A DNA stretch of 64,000 nucleotides, taken from contig OZ241869.1 in NCBI GenBank assembly GCA_965202805.1, forward strand, positions 1,632,001-1,696,000, read 5' to 3'. How positions within the stretch are numbered: the stretch's first letter is position 1; every line of letters starts with the position of its first letter. This DNA is from Longimicrobiales bacterium (lineage in GTDB: Bacteria; Gemmatimonadota; Gemmatimonadetes; Longimicrobiales; Gaopeijiaceae). Position numbers and translations under genes: made by a program. Shown one piece after another: positions 10,265 to 22,987 of this stretch. The notes beneath the pieces were generated by a model. That model saw nothing but the letters and a program-made list of their open reading frames with translations. It had not been told where the DNA came from and did no database searches.

Positions 10265-11170
10265 GTGAACGTCCACCTGATCGACGGCACCTACGAGCTC
10301 TTCCGCCACTTCTACGCGGTCCCTTCGCGCACCGACCGCGCGGGCCGCGAGGTGGGCGCCCTGCTGGGGGTGCTGCACTCGCTGCTCGGGATGCTGGAAG
10401 CGGGAGCCACCCACATCGGGGTCGCCACCGATCATGTCATCGAGTCGTTCCGAAACGAGCTCTGGCCGGGCTACAAGAGCTCGGCGGGCATCGATCCCGC
10501 GTTGTGGGCCCAGTTTCATCCCATGGAAGGCGCCCTCGCGGCGATGGGAGTCGCGGTGTGGCCGATGGTCGAGCTCGAAGCGGACGACGGAATGGCCTCA
10601 GCGGCCCGCCTGGCGGGCGCGGACCCGGAGGTGGAGCGGATCTTCATCTGCACGCCCGACAAGGACCTCAGCCAGTGCGTCTCGGGGACGCGCATCGTGC
10701 AGTTCGACCGGCGCCAGCGTACCCTGCGCGACGAAGAGGGGGTGGTGGACAGGTTCGGGGTGCGGCCGGCCTCGATCCCCGACTACCTGGCGCTGGTGGG
10801 CGACAGTGCGGACGGGTTTCCGGGCATCCCCGGCTGGGGCGCCAAGTCGACGGCCGCGGTGCTCGGACACTACGGGCACCTGGAGGCGATCCCTCTCCGC
10901 AGCCTGCCCTGGGGCGTCGCCGTAAGAGGAGCGGCGCGGCTGCAGGAGAATCTCCGCGCCGGATGGCGGGACGCCCTGCTGTTCCGGGACCTGGCCACCC
11001 TGCGGGATGACGCGTCGCTGTTCGACGACCTCGAGGAACTCCGGTGGACCGGAGCCACGCCCGGCTTCGAGCGCGTCGCCGAGTCCCTGGGAGATGCCCG
11101 GCTCGCAGGTCGGGTCGAGCGCGCGGCATCCGGGCGGGGCCGGGGGCGCGCGCAGATACCGGAACCGTAG
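10265..11170 (+). CDS. Stand-alone 5'-3' exonuclease / flap endonuclease (Pol I N-terminal-like)
   Basis: Motifs LIDGTYELFR, YK, EADD, TPDKDL and H3TH region LALVGDSADGFPGIPGWGAK. GTG start at 10265. Confidence 0.9.
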   Translation: MNVHLIDGTYELFRHFYAVPSRTDRAGREVGALLGVLHSLLGMLEAGATHIGVATDHVIESFRNELWPGYKSSAGIDPALWAQFHPMEGALAAMGVAVWPMVELEADDGMASAARLAGADPEVERIFICTPDKDLSQCVSGTRIVQFDRRQRTLRDEEGVVDRFGVRPASIPDYLALVGDSADGFPGIPGWGAKSTAAVLGHYGHLEAIPLRSLPWGVAVRGAARLQENLRAGWRDALLFRDLATLRDDASLFDDLEELRWTGATPGFERVAESLGDARLAGRVERAASGRGRGRAQIPEP

Positions 11171-11315
11171 AGGGGCCGGAAGCCACGCGGCCCATAACCG
11201 CATGCCGGCCGAACGCATGAAAAAACGGGACGATCCGCTCCCGCGGGGAAGCGGAGCCCGCCCCGTCGCTTTAGATTGACTCCGGTCGTCACTGAATCCT
11301 CCCAAAGGGGCTCAC

Positions 11316-14300
11316 ATGAAGAACGTCATCACCCTCCTGCTCGCCCTGTCGCTTCTCCCGCTCGCATTCGCGGCGGCGCCGGCCGAGGCGCAGTCCAACG
11401 GATCCGCGGCCAGCGCGGCCGTCTCCCCTTCCCTGTTCGACGGAATGCGCTACCGCACCGTCGGGCCCTCCCGCGGTGGACGCGTCACGACCGTGGCCGG
11501 ACATCCCAGCCACCCGGCGACCTTCTACATGGGCGCGGTCGGCGGAGGCATCTGGAAGACCGAGGACTACGGGCAGACCTGGCGGCCCATCTCCGACGGC
11601 TATCTGGCCACCGGCTCGATGGGCGCGATCCGGGTGGCGCCCTCCGACCCGAACATCATCTATGCGGGAACCGGCTCGGACGGCATCCGCAGCAACGTGA
11701 TCACCGGAAAGGGCATCTACCGGTCCGACGACGCCGGCTCGAGCTGGCGCTTCATCGGGCTGCCCGACGCGGGGCAGATCGGCGCCGTCGAGGTGCATCC
11801 CGACGATCCGGAACTGGTCTACGTCGCGGCGATGGGGAACACCTTCAAGCCCAACCCGGAGCGCGGCGTCTACCGCAGCCGCGACGGGGGCGCGAACTGG
11901 GAGCTGGTGCTCTTCGTCTCCGACTCGACAGGCGCGGTCGACCTGGAGCTGGCCCCCGACAACCCGGACGAGATCTACGCCGGCATGTACCGCGGCGAGC
12001 GCAAGCCCTGGACCATCATCAGCGGCGCCATGGAGGGCGGCATCTACAAGTCCTCGGACGGCGGCGACAGCTGGACCGAACTGGAGCAGGGCCTGCCGGG
12101 CGGGCTGTTCGGCAAGAGCGATCTGGCCGTCTCCCCCGCGGATCCCGACCGGGTGTACGCGCTCATCGAGGCGCCCGAGCCGGAGGACGGCCTGTATCGC
12201 TCAGACGACCGCGGCGCCACCTGGCGTCAGGTGTCGAGCTACAACCCGATCCTCAACCGGCCCTTCTACTACACCGGGGTGGACGCCGACCCGACCAACG
12301 CGGACATCGTCTACGTCAACAACGAGGGGTTCTACAAGTCGACCAACGGCGGGGCGGACTGGCAGCGGCGCCCGACGCCGCACGGGGACAACCACGACAT
12401 GTGGATCAACCCGGACGACCCCGACCTCTTCGTCCAGTCCAACGACGGCGGCGCCAACGTCACCCGCGACGGCGGCCTGACCTGGTCGACCCAGAACAAC
12501 CAGCCCACGGCCGAGCTCTACCAGGTCGACATCGACGACCGCTTCCCGTACTGGCTGTACGCCGGCCAGCAGGACAACTCCACGATCGCGGTGCCCAGCC
12601 GGCGACCCTACGGGATGCCCGCCGGCCACACGGCCCACTGGCGCGCCGTCGGCGGCTGCGAGACCGGACCGGTCGTGCCGAAACCCGGCAATCCGGACAT
12701 CGTCTACGCCAACTGCAAGGGCCGCTTCGGCCGCTACAGCTGGAGCACCGACCAGGAGAAGCAGTACTACGTGGGCGCCTGGGACCTGTACGGCCGCAAC
12801 CCGGCCGACCTGCCCTACCGCTTCCAGCGGGTCGCGCCCATCCACGTCTCCCCCAACGACCCCGACGTCGTCTACCACACCTCGCAGTACGTGCACCGCA
12901 CCACCGACGAGGGCATGACCTGGGAGACCATCTCTCCCGATCTCACCGCCTTCGAGCCCGAAACCCAGATGGCCTCCGGGGCGCCCATCACGCGCGACAT
13001 CACCGGGGAGGAGCACTACAGCGTGCTCTACGACATCCAGGAATCGCCCCACGACCCGAACGTAATCTGGACGGGGGCAAATGACGGCCCCATCCACGTC
13101 ACCCGCGACGGCGGCGAGAACTGGGCCGACGTGACTCCCGACATGCCGGGGCGCGGCCGGGTGCAGAACATCGACGTGTCGCCGCACGACCCGGCCAAGG
13201 CCTACGCCACCATCCTGCGCTACCAGCTGGGCGACTTCGAGCCGTACGCCTACCGGACCGAGGATTACGGGCAGTCCTGGACCCGCATCACCACCGGCGA
13301 CAACGGCATTCCGGACGACCATCCGGTGCGCGTGGTGCGCGAGGACCCGGGCCGGGAGGGACTGCTCTACGCCGGCACCGAGTTCGGGATGTTCATCTCC
13401 TTCGACGACGGCGGCAGCTGGCAGTCGTTCAAGCTGAACATGCCCACCACGCCCATCACCGACATGAAGGTGCACCTGGGCGACCTGGTGCTGTCCACCA
13501 TGGGACGGGGATTCTGGATTCTCGACAACCTGGGCCCGCTGCACGAGCTGAGCGCGGAGGTCACCGCCGCGGACGCCCATCTCTTCGCGCCGCGCCCCGC
13601 CTACCGCGCCTTCAGCTCCGGATTCGGCGGGGGCTTCGACCCGGCCGCGCCCGAGTATCCGCGCGCCGGCGTGATGATCGACTACTACCTGGCCAACGAC
13701 GCGGACGAGGTCACGCTCGACATCATGGACGCCGAAGGCAACCTGGTGCGCTCCTTCTCGAGCGACGCCATGGGCGAGCAGATGGTGCCCCCGGCCGAAC
13801 CGGGCATGCGCGCGCCCACCCTTGAGCGGATCGGCACCCCCAGGATGCCCAACTCCGCCGGCATGCACCGCTTCACGTGGGACTTCCGCTATCCGGGCCC
13901 CTGGGACGCCAGTCCCGCGCGCGCCGGCCGGGGCGGACCGGTGGCGGTGCCGGGCACCTACCAGGTGCGCCTGAACGTGGGCGGCTGGAGCGCCGCCGCG
14001 AGCGCCGAGGTGGTCATGGATCCGCGGGTGGCCGCCGACGGGGTCACCATGGATCACCTGCGCGACCAGTTCACGCTGGCCATGCAGGTGCGCGACGCGC
14101 TCAGCCAGGCGCGCATGGCCGCCGCGAAGATCGCGGAGGTCACCCCCGGCCTCGAGGACCGGGACGAGATGCAGGAAGCCCTGGAGCAGCTTCAGGAGAT
14201 CGAGAGCGCCCTGGTGAACGAGAGCGACGACGGGATCCGCTATCCCGAGCGCATGCTGCTCAGCCAGATGAACTACCTCTACTCGATGCTCAACCGCGCC

Positions 14301-14417
14301 GACCAGATGCCCGGACGGGACGCGCAGGTCCGGTACGAGGAGCTGCAGGCCGAGCTGGAGGTGCACATCCGCAACCTCGAGCGCCTGCTGAGGGCCACGA
14401 TCACGGCGGCCGACTGA
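11316..14417 (+). CDS. VPS10/sortilin-like BNR (Asp-box) repeat glycosyl-hydrolase-like protein, secreted
   Basis: Signal peptide; GPSRGGRV; many Asp-boxes (e.g. SDDAGSSW, SRDGGANW, SSDGGDSW); C-terminal Ig-like and helical region. Confidence 0.88.
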   Translation: MKNVITLLLALSLLPLAFAAAPAEAQSNGSAASAAVSPSLFDGMRYRTVGPSRGGRVTTVAGHPSHPATFYMGAVGGGIWKTEDYGQTWRPISDGYLATGSMGAIRVAPSDPNIIYAGTGSDGIRSNVITGKGIYRSDDAGSSWRFIGLPDAGQIGAVEVHPDDPELVYVAAMGNTFKPNPERGVYRSRDGGANWELVLFVSDSTGAVDLELAPDNPDEIYAGMYRGERKPWTIISGAMEGGIYKSSDGGDSWTELEQGLPGGLFGKSDLAVSPADPDRVYALIEAPEPEDGLYRSDDRGATWRQVSSYNPILNRPFYYTGVDADPTNADIVYVNNEGFYKSTNGGADWQRRPTPHGDNHDMWINPDDPDLFVQSNDGGANVTRDGGLTWSTQNNQPTAELYQVDIDDRFPYWLYAGQQDNSTIAVPSRRPYGMPAGHTAHWRAVGGCETGPVVPKPGNPDIVYANCKGRFGRYSWSTDQEKQYYVGAWDLYGRNPADLPYRFQRVAPIHVSPNDPDVVYHTSQYVHRTTDEGMTWETISPDLTAFEPETQMASGAPITRDITGEEHYSVLYDIQESPHDPNVIWTGANDGPIHVTRDGGENWADVTPDMPGRGRVQNIDVSPHDPAKAYATILRYQLGDFEPYAYRTEDYGQSWTRITTGDNGIPDDHPVRVVREDPGREGLLYAGTEFGMFISFDDGGSWQSFKLNMPTTPITDMKVHLGDLVLSTMGRGFWILDNLGPLHELSAEVTAADAHLFAPRPAYRAFSSGFGGGFDPAAPEYPRAGVMIDYYLANDADEVTLDIMDAEGNLVRSFSSDAMGEQMVPPAEPGMRAPTLERIGTPRMPNSAGMHRFTWDFRYPGPWDASPARAGRGGPVAVPGTYQVRLNVGGWSAAASAEVVMDPRVAADGVTMDHLRDQFTLAMQVRDALSQARMAAAKIAEVTPGLEDRDEMQEALEQLQEIESALVNESDDGIRYPERMLLSQMNYLYSMLNRADQMPGRDAQVRYEELQAELEVHIRNLERLLRATITAAD

Positions 14418-14453
14418 AGCTGGAGCGGAGGCGCGATCCGCGGGAGGTGCGAC

Positions 14454-14705
14454 CTGAGCTTTGCCTATCACGTCACCCCCGCGGACGTGCTTCTGGTTCT
14501 GGAGGCGCACGGCGCCGCGGAGTCGGAGGAGGACGACGCGGTCCTGGACGCCCTCTATCTCGTCAATGAATGGGAGGGGCGCATCTCCGAGGTGGCGCTG
14601 AAACATGACGGCGCCCACGACGGCCAGCTCGCCGTGTGGCACGAGATCGAGGCCATCCTCATCGAGGAAGGCTACCTGGAGGAACCCCCGAGGCTGGGCG
14701 AGTGA
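14454..14705 (+). CDS. Small acidic hypothetical protein (about 83 aa), coupled to kynA
   Basis: GGAGG precedes an in-frame CTG at 14454 (the track starts it at GTG 14487). Its stop overlaps the kynA start (GTGA). Confidence 0.6.
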   Translation: MSFAYHVTPADVLLVLEAHGAAESEEDDAVLDALYLVNEWEGRISEVALKHDGAHDGQLAVWHEIEAILIEEGYLEEPPRLGE

Positions 14706-15496
14706 CCCGCACCCCTGAAGCCGTCAACTACGAGCGCTATCTCAGGCTGGATGAGCTCCTCCGGCTGCAGAAGCCGAGGGATGACGTTGAACACGACGAG
14801 ATGCTGTTCATCGTCATTCACCAGGTATACGAGCTGTGGTTCAAGGTGCTCCTCCACGAGATGGACTACTGCTGTCGCCGGCTCGAAGACGGAGACGCAC
14901 CCCGGGCCCAGCATACGCTCAAGCGCATCCTCACCATCCTCAAGGTGCTGGTCGCGCAGCTCGACATCCTCGAGACCATGAGCCCGGTCGAGTTCCTGGC
15001 CTTCCGCGACCATCTGGACACCGCCAGCGGCTTCCAGTCGGACCAGTTCCGCGCTCTCGAGTTCTGCCTGGGGTGGAAGCACCGGGCCGCCCTCAAGCGC
15101 TTCGAACCCGGCAGCCGGGCCCGGCTGGATCTCGAGCGACGCTGGAGCGCGCCGACGTTGTGGGACTGCTTCCTGCAGTATCTGGCCGGGGAGGGGTACG
15201 ACATTCCGCGCAATAGCCTGGAGCGGAATGTGACGCGGCCGGTGGAGGTGGACAGTGCCATGCACGCGGTCCTGGTCGAGATCTATCGCCGGGACGCCCG
15301 CAACGCCCAGTTGTGCGAGCGCCTCGTGGACCTGGACGAGGGGCTCCAGGAATGGCGCTACCGCCACATGAAGATGGTGCAGCGGACCATCGGCCATAAG
15401 CCCGGGACCGGCGGATCCGCGGGGTCCCGCTATCTGGCCACGACGCTCAACAAACCGGTGTTCCCGGACCTGTGGGAGATTCGGGCACGGTTGTAG
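14702..15496 (+). CDS. kynA: Tryptophan 2,3-dioxygenase
   Basis: Motifs YLRLDELL, HDEMLFIVIHQVYELWFK, ASGFQS, WRYRH and IGHKPGTGGSAG. Confidence 0.95.
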   Translation: MTRTPEAVNYERYLRLDELLRLQKPRDDVEHDEMLFIVIHQVYELWFKVLLHEMDYCCRRLEDGDAPRAQHTLKRILTILKVLVAQLDILETMSPVEFLAFRDHLDTASGFQSDQFRALEFCLGWKHRAALKRFEPGSRARLDLERRWSAPTLWDCFLQYLAGEGYDIPRNSLERNVTRPVEVDSAMHAVLVEIYRRDARNAQLCERLVDLDEGLQEWRYRHMKMVQRTIGHKPGTGGSAGSRYLATTLNKPVFPDLWEIRARL

Positions 15497-15539
15497 CGGC
15501 AAACCCGCGGGGCGCTGCCGCCGATGTTCTGTGGCGCCC

Positions 15540-16634
15540 TCAGGCCCCCTCGCAAACCCTCGGCGCAGTGTACTCCAGACCCAGCAGGCGAAAGTAGTTC
15601 TGACCGAGCGCGATGTTGCGGAAGGCGTTGTCGTCGAGGTAGCGCAGGATCCGGCCCGTGACCTCCAGCTCGGTGCGGTAGACCGCGAAGCTCTTGTCCC
15701 TTGAGGCCAGGAAGTCGGTCCCCGGGAGAACGCGCTCCGAGTACCGGTTCAGGAAGGGAACGTAGGCCGTCCTCGCCTCCGGGTCCGAGAAATAGGCGTC
15801 GTCCAGGACGCGCCAGGAGATGTCAAGCATCAGGCGGGGATGGCGGTCGAGCATCGACGTCACGATCGCGATGTGCTCGGCGGGGGCCATCCGCGTCAGT
15901 TCCCGCGACAGGCCCATGTGCACCCACACGATGTCGTTGTCGGGATACAGGCGCAGCACCTCCTCCATCAGCGGAACGTAGAAGGTCGGGTTTTCGTCGT
16001 TGCCCAGGTCCGCGTGGATCGCCAGCGGCATGTCGCGCGCGCGGAGCACCTCCATGAACGGCGCCCAGTCGGCGAGGACCTCCTCGGGAACCGCCCCGCG
16101 GCCGTTCGCGAACACGGCCTGCTTCACCAGGTTGACCTCGCCCATCCACGAGAAGACGCCCGGGTACTCCTCCTCCAGGCGGCGCATTTCGGGGAGGATG
16201 GTCGCGGGGCGGGCCAGGTCGGGGAAGGTCATCGACAGCGTCAGATGCACGTCCGATGGCGGACTCGCCTCGTACCCGGCGGCGTTGGCACGGTCGTTGT
16301 CGAGGGAGGGATTCAGCGGGGTTCCGGGACAGTCCAGGTAGTAGGTGCAGGACGAAAAGTCCGGGAGCGTCTGGCCGATCCCGTAGACGTTCGCGAAGAG
16401 CACGCCCGTCTGCCGCAGGTACCCGACGATCTCGTCGAACGGGATCTCCGCACCCCCGAAGGGACGGAAGTGGAGGTGGGCGTCTACGACGGCGGTCTGG
16501 GGCTCGGCGGAGCGATCGTAGCACGGGGCGTCGGCGGCCCGATACAACTCCAGCGCCGAAGACGATACGCAGCCTGTGGCGGCCAGCAAGGCGCCGGCCA
16601 GCAGTGGCCTGGATGGGAACTCGGCCAGGATCAT
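15540..16634 (-). CDS. Amidohydrolase_2-like TIM-barrel protein, probable lipoprotein
   Basis: Lipobox-like LAATGC; motifs VDAHLH, GEVN, IHAD, WVHMG, DISW and PGTDF. Confidence 0.75.
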   Translation of the reverse strand: MILAEFPSRPLLAGALLAATGCVSSSALELYRAADAPCYDRSAEPQTAVVDAHLHFRPFGGAEIPFDEIVGYLRQTGVLFANVYGIGQTLPDFSSCTYYLDCPGTPLNPSLDNDRANAAGYEASPPSDVHLTLSMTFPDLARPATILPEMRRLEEEYPGVFSWMGEVNLVKQAVFANGRGAVPEEVLADWAPFMEVLRARDMPLAIHADLGNDENPTFYVPLMEEVLRLYPDNDIVWVHMGLSRELTRMAPAEHIAIVTSMLDRHPRLMLDISWRVLDDAYFSDPEARTAYVPFLNRYSERVLPGTDFLASRDKSFAVYRTELEVTGRILRYLDDNAFRNIALGQNYFRLLGLEYTAPRVCEGA

Positions 16635-16706
16635 CGATCGCTTCCGGATCAGTCGAAGGAAGGAAGGGTCACGAAGGGAATGCGAATCGGCGGCGGTGCG
16701 TCTCCA

Positions 16707-16753
16707 GAACAAAGAACGGCCCCGGAAGGTCGCCGGGCAACCTTCCGGGGCCG
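16707..16753 (-). terminator. Rho-independent terminator downstream of the TonB-dependent receptor
   Basis: Perfect 14-bp stem (16717-16730 / 16740-16753) followed on the minus strand by TTCTTTGTT. Confidence 0.8.
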
Positions 16754-16791
16754 CATGATGCTGCTGCCGCCGATGGCGGATCAGCTCGGCT

Positions 16792-19731
<2,940 letters not shown>

Positions 19732-19857
19732 ACGGAAATCCCTCCTGTGATGTGGAGCCAAACCGAACCTTACCGATTCAACACGGGATGTCGAACTCCA
19801 ACCGCCACAACGGCAGTGCCGGCAGCGAGAGCACCGAACGACCCGGACCATAAGATA

Positions 19858-19907
19858 CGACATAAACCCGGAAAAAAGCGACAGAATGCCATCCCAACGC
19901 GACAAAA
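19858..19907. promoter_or_regulatory. Three phased direct repeats CGACAnAA upstream of the TonB receptor
   Basis: CGACA starts at 19858, 19879 and 19900, an exact 21-bp period. Confidence 0.5.
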
Positions 19908-20046
19908 CCAGCGGATGTGCACCCCATCCGTCACCCCCTGTGGCTGAAACAGTCTTGGTGCAAAGCACCGCAACCGCAAGTCTCATACTGCGGAGAGGGG
20001 CGGAGTTTTGTGCCGCGGAGATGCCCGGAAACGGGCCGGGGCGTCC

Positions 20047-21855
20047 TCATATTCTGGCTTGAACGGTGTACAGCTCGTGGTAGCGGCCCCGTCGTGCGAC
20101 CAGATCCTCGTGCCGGCCACGCTCCACGATGCGGCCCTCCTCCAGGACGAGGATGAGGTCGGCCCGGCGGATTGTGGAGAGCCGGTGGGCGATAACCAGG
20201 GTGGTGCGCCCCCGCAGGAGCTGAGCCAGCGAAGCCTGTATGAGCGCTTCGCTCTCGGTGTCCAGGCTGGAGGTCGCCTCGTCCAGAAACAGGAGACGCG
20301 GGTTGGCGAGAATCGCGCGGGCGATGGTGACCCGCTGGCGCTGGCCGCCCGAGAGCTTGACCCCGCGCTCGCCGATGAGGGTGTCGAGCCCCTCCGGGAA
20401 GCGGTCGCTGAATTCGGTGACGAACGCCTGCCGGGCGGCATGCAACACTTCATCCGCGCTGGCGCCGGGGCGCGCGAAGAGCAGGTTCTCGCTGATGGTG
20501 CCGTCGAAGAGGAAGTCGTCCTGGAGCACCAGTCCCAGCTGGCTTCGGTAGCTCGCCAGGCGCACCTCGCTCAGGTCGACATCGTCTACGAGCACGCGGC
20601 CTTCATCGGGCGTGAGGAAGGAGGCGGCCAGGCTCGCCATGGTCGACTTCCCCGAGCCGGAGCTTCCCACCAGCGCCACCAACGTGCCGGGTTCGACGTC
20701 GAAGCCGATGCCCCGGAGCACGGGCTTGTCCTCCTCGTAGCGGAAGTGGACGTCCTCGAAGCGCAGCCGGCCCCGGATGGGCGGCATCTCGACGACCCGC
20801 TTCGGATCGTCGTCCTCCGTCGGCCAGGAGAGCAGTTCGGCCGTGCGGTCGAGGCCGGCGAAGGCCTCCGTCATCTGGGTGCCGATGTTGGCCATCTGGA
20901 TCACGGGAGCGATCAGAAAGCCCAGGAGGAAGGTGAAGGAAAACAGCTCGCCGACCGTGAGCTGGCCCTGAACGATCAGCCAGCCGCCGTACCCCATCAC
21001 CAGCACCCCGGCGAGTCCCATGAAGAACGTGCCCGCGCTCGTGACCAGGCTGGAGGTGGTGAGCGTCTTCCTGATGTTGCGGAAGATGCGCAGGGCGCCG
21101 TCGCGGAAGATCGTGCCTTCCGCCCTGACGGCGTGGAAGCCCTTGATGACGCGAATGCCGCCGAGCGACTCGGTCAGGCGGCCCGTGACTTCCGCGCGGA
21201 TCTTCCCGCGCTCGCGAAACGCGGGCCGCAGCGTGCGGAAGGCGTTGGTGGAGATGAAGGCGAAGGCGGCGAGCGGCCCGATGGTAAGCAGCGTCATCAT
21301 CGGAGAGATGCTGAGCAGGTACCCGAAGCCCACCACCGCCGTGATCACCCCGCCGACGAGCTGCACCAGACCGGTTCCCACCAGGTTCCGGACGCCCCGC
21401 ACGTCCTCCATGATGCGCGAGACCAGGTCGCCCGAGCGGGTGTTGTCGAAGACGCGCACGGGGAGGCTCAGGACGTGCCGCTGCACCTGCGTGCGCAGAT
21501 CGGCGATGAGACGCTGCGCCTCCACGCTGAGCATCATGGTCAGGGTGTACGACGTGGCCGCCTGGACGACGACCGCCAGGGCCACCGCCCCGAGGAGCCG
21601 GTAGAGACCCGGCAGGTCGCCGTTCGCGATCACGTCGTCGATGAGGGGACGGGTGGCCACCGGGAGGACGAGTCCGGCCAGGCGGTTGATCAGGATCAGC
21701 ACCAGACCGAGCAGCACCAGCCTGCGCCGCGGCCAGATGATCTCGTGGAACGCGTGCCTGAGGCTGGCGCCGGAGATCTTCTTCTTCCCGGGGGCGCCGG
21801 CACTGACGCTGGCGGCATTGGCTCTGCTGCTGCGGATGGGATTGCGGGTTGTCAC
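20047..21855 (-). CDS. ABC transporter, fused permease/ATP-binding (MsbA/MdlB-like exporter)
   Basis: N-terminal TM domain; Walker A GSSGSGKS, LSGGQRQR, LDEATSSLD, IAHRLST. Start approximate. Confidence 0.93.
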   Translation of the reverse strand: MTTRNPIRSSRANAASVSAGAPGKKKISGASLRHAFHEIIWPRRRLVLLGLVLILINRLAGLVLPVATRPLIDDVIANGDLPGLYRLLGAVALAVVVQAATSYTLTMMLSVEAQRLIADLRTQVQRHVLSLPVRVFDNTRSGDLVSRIMEDVRGVRNLVGTGLVQLVGGVITAVVGFGYLLSISPMMTLLTIGPLAAFAFISTNAFRTLRPAFRERGKIRAEVTGRLTESLGGIRVIKGFHAVRAEGTIFRDGALRIFRNIRKTLTTSSLVTSAGTFFMGLAGVLVMGYGGWLIVQGQLTVGELFSFTFLLGFLIAPVIQMANIGTQMTEAFAGLDRTAELLSWPTEDDDPKRVVEMPPIRGRLRFEDVHFRYEEDKPVLRGIGFDVEPGTLVALVGSSGSGKSTMASLAASFLTPDEGRVLVDDVDLSEVRLASYRSQLGLVLQDDFLFDGTISENLLFARPGASADEVLHAARQAFVTEFSDRFPEGLDTLIGERGVKLSGGQRQRVTIARAILANPRLLFLDEATSSLDTESEALIQASLAQLLRGRTTLVIAHRLSTIRRADLILVLEEGRIVERGRHEDLVARRGRYHELYTVQARI

Positions 21856-22004
21856 CAGTTTCGTCCCCTGACTCGCGCCCCTTCGGGTAACGTTGCATCT
21901 TGCCGGGCGAAAGATGGCGGCAAGCGGGAGTGGTTGGAACCCGTGGGGCGGCGGATCGAGCCCCGGCGGGCGCAACCGGCCATCCCCCACACCCTGGAAA
22001 ACGG

Positions 22005-22892
22005 ATGATCCTCCGCATTCAGCACATCGGCATGGTGGTGCGTGACCTGGAAGATGCCTGTGCGCGCTTCGAGCGCGTCCTCGGGCTCAAGGCGCGCGAT
22101 TTCCGCGACGATCAGGGCAAGGGCATGCAGCTCGACGCCCGCATCCTGCTCGGCAACGAATGCTGGCTGCACTTGGTGCAGAACTGGAATCCGGAGTCGC
22201 GCGTGAACCGGTTTCTGCGGGAAAAGGGCGAGGGGCTGGAGCACATCTGCCTTGAAACGGATGACATCGAAGCGGATGTCGCCCACCTGCGGGAAATTGG
22301 AGTGGGCGTGTGGGAGGACCGCATCCTGGACGCCAACGACGGCTACGAGGCCTTCGTCTATCCCGACAGGCTGCCCGGCCTCACCATCGAGCTCATCCAG
22401 TCGCACGATAGGAGCTGGTACTATCCGCCGGAGGCCGTGGGCGAGCCCGTGAGCGACGCGATGGAACTCTTCCGCCTGCAGCACATCGGCCTCTGCGTGC
22501 ACGATCTGGCGGACGCGTGCTCGCGATTCGAGCGGTATTTCGGGCTCGTGGCGCGGGACTACCGCGACGACCAGGGCAAGGGCAAGCAGCTCGACGCCCG
22601 CATCCTCTTCCCCAACCAGTGCTGGCTGCACCTGGTGCAGAACTGGGACGTGGAGTCGCGCGTGAACCGCTTCCTGCAGTCGCGGGGCGAGGGGCTGGAC
22701 CACATCGCGCTGCAGACGACCGACATCGACGGCGACGTCGCGGCGCTGCGCGAGCGCGGCATCCCGTTCTTCCAGGACACCATCTTCGACGCCAACGACG
22801 GCTACGAGGCCTTCGTCTACCCCGACCAGCTTCCGGGAATGACGGCGGAACTGATCCAGCCTCACGCGCACAGCTGGGGGTTCGGGGAGTAG
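22005..22892 (+). CDS. VOC family protein with two tandem methylmalonyl-CoA-epimerase-like units
   Basis: Each half carries QHIG, DL.DA..RFE, GEGL.HI and ELIQ. The halves are highly similar. Confidence 0.85.
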   Translation: MILRIQHIGMVVRDLEDACARFERVLGLKARDFRDDQGKGMQLDARILLGNECWLHLVQNWNPESRVNRFLREKGEGLEHICLETDDIEADVAHLREIGVGVWEDRILDANDGYEAFVYPDRLPGLTIELIQSHDRSWYYPPEAVGEPVSDAMELFRLQHIGLCVHDLADACSRFERYFGLVARDYRDDQGKGKQLDARILFPNQCWLHLVQNWDVESRVNRFLQSRGEGLDHIALQTTDIDGDVAALRERGIPFFQDTIFDANDGYEAFVYPDQLPGMTAELIQPHAHSWGFGE

Positions 22893-22930
22893 ATGCGCCC
22901 ATGAGCAAACGTTGCGGTCTACACGTCTCG

Positions 22931-22970
22931 GCCGTCCGCGCGCGATGAAGGCCGTCCGCGCGCGATGAAG
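22931..22970. repeat. Perfect 20-bp tandem duplication GCCGTCCGCGCGCGATGAAG x2
   Basis: 22931-22950 is identical to 22951-22970; intergenic, immediately before an AAGGAG SD. Confidence 0.9.
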
Positions 22971-22987
22971 TAGAAAGGAGCCTCCCC

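Noticed and set aside
15496..15521. Hairpin between kynA and the convergent amidohydrolase
   Set aside because: Only a 6-bp outer stem with no U-tract, too weak to call in GC-rich DNA.
22931..22970. Possible CRISPR array (also 55080-55114)
   Set aside because: Only two adjacent copies, no spacers and no cas genes.
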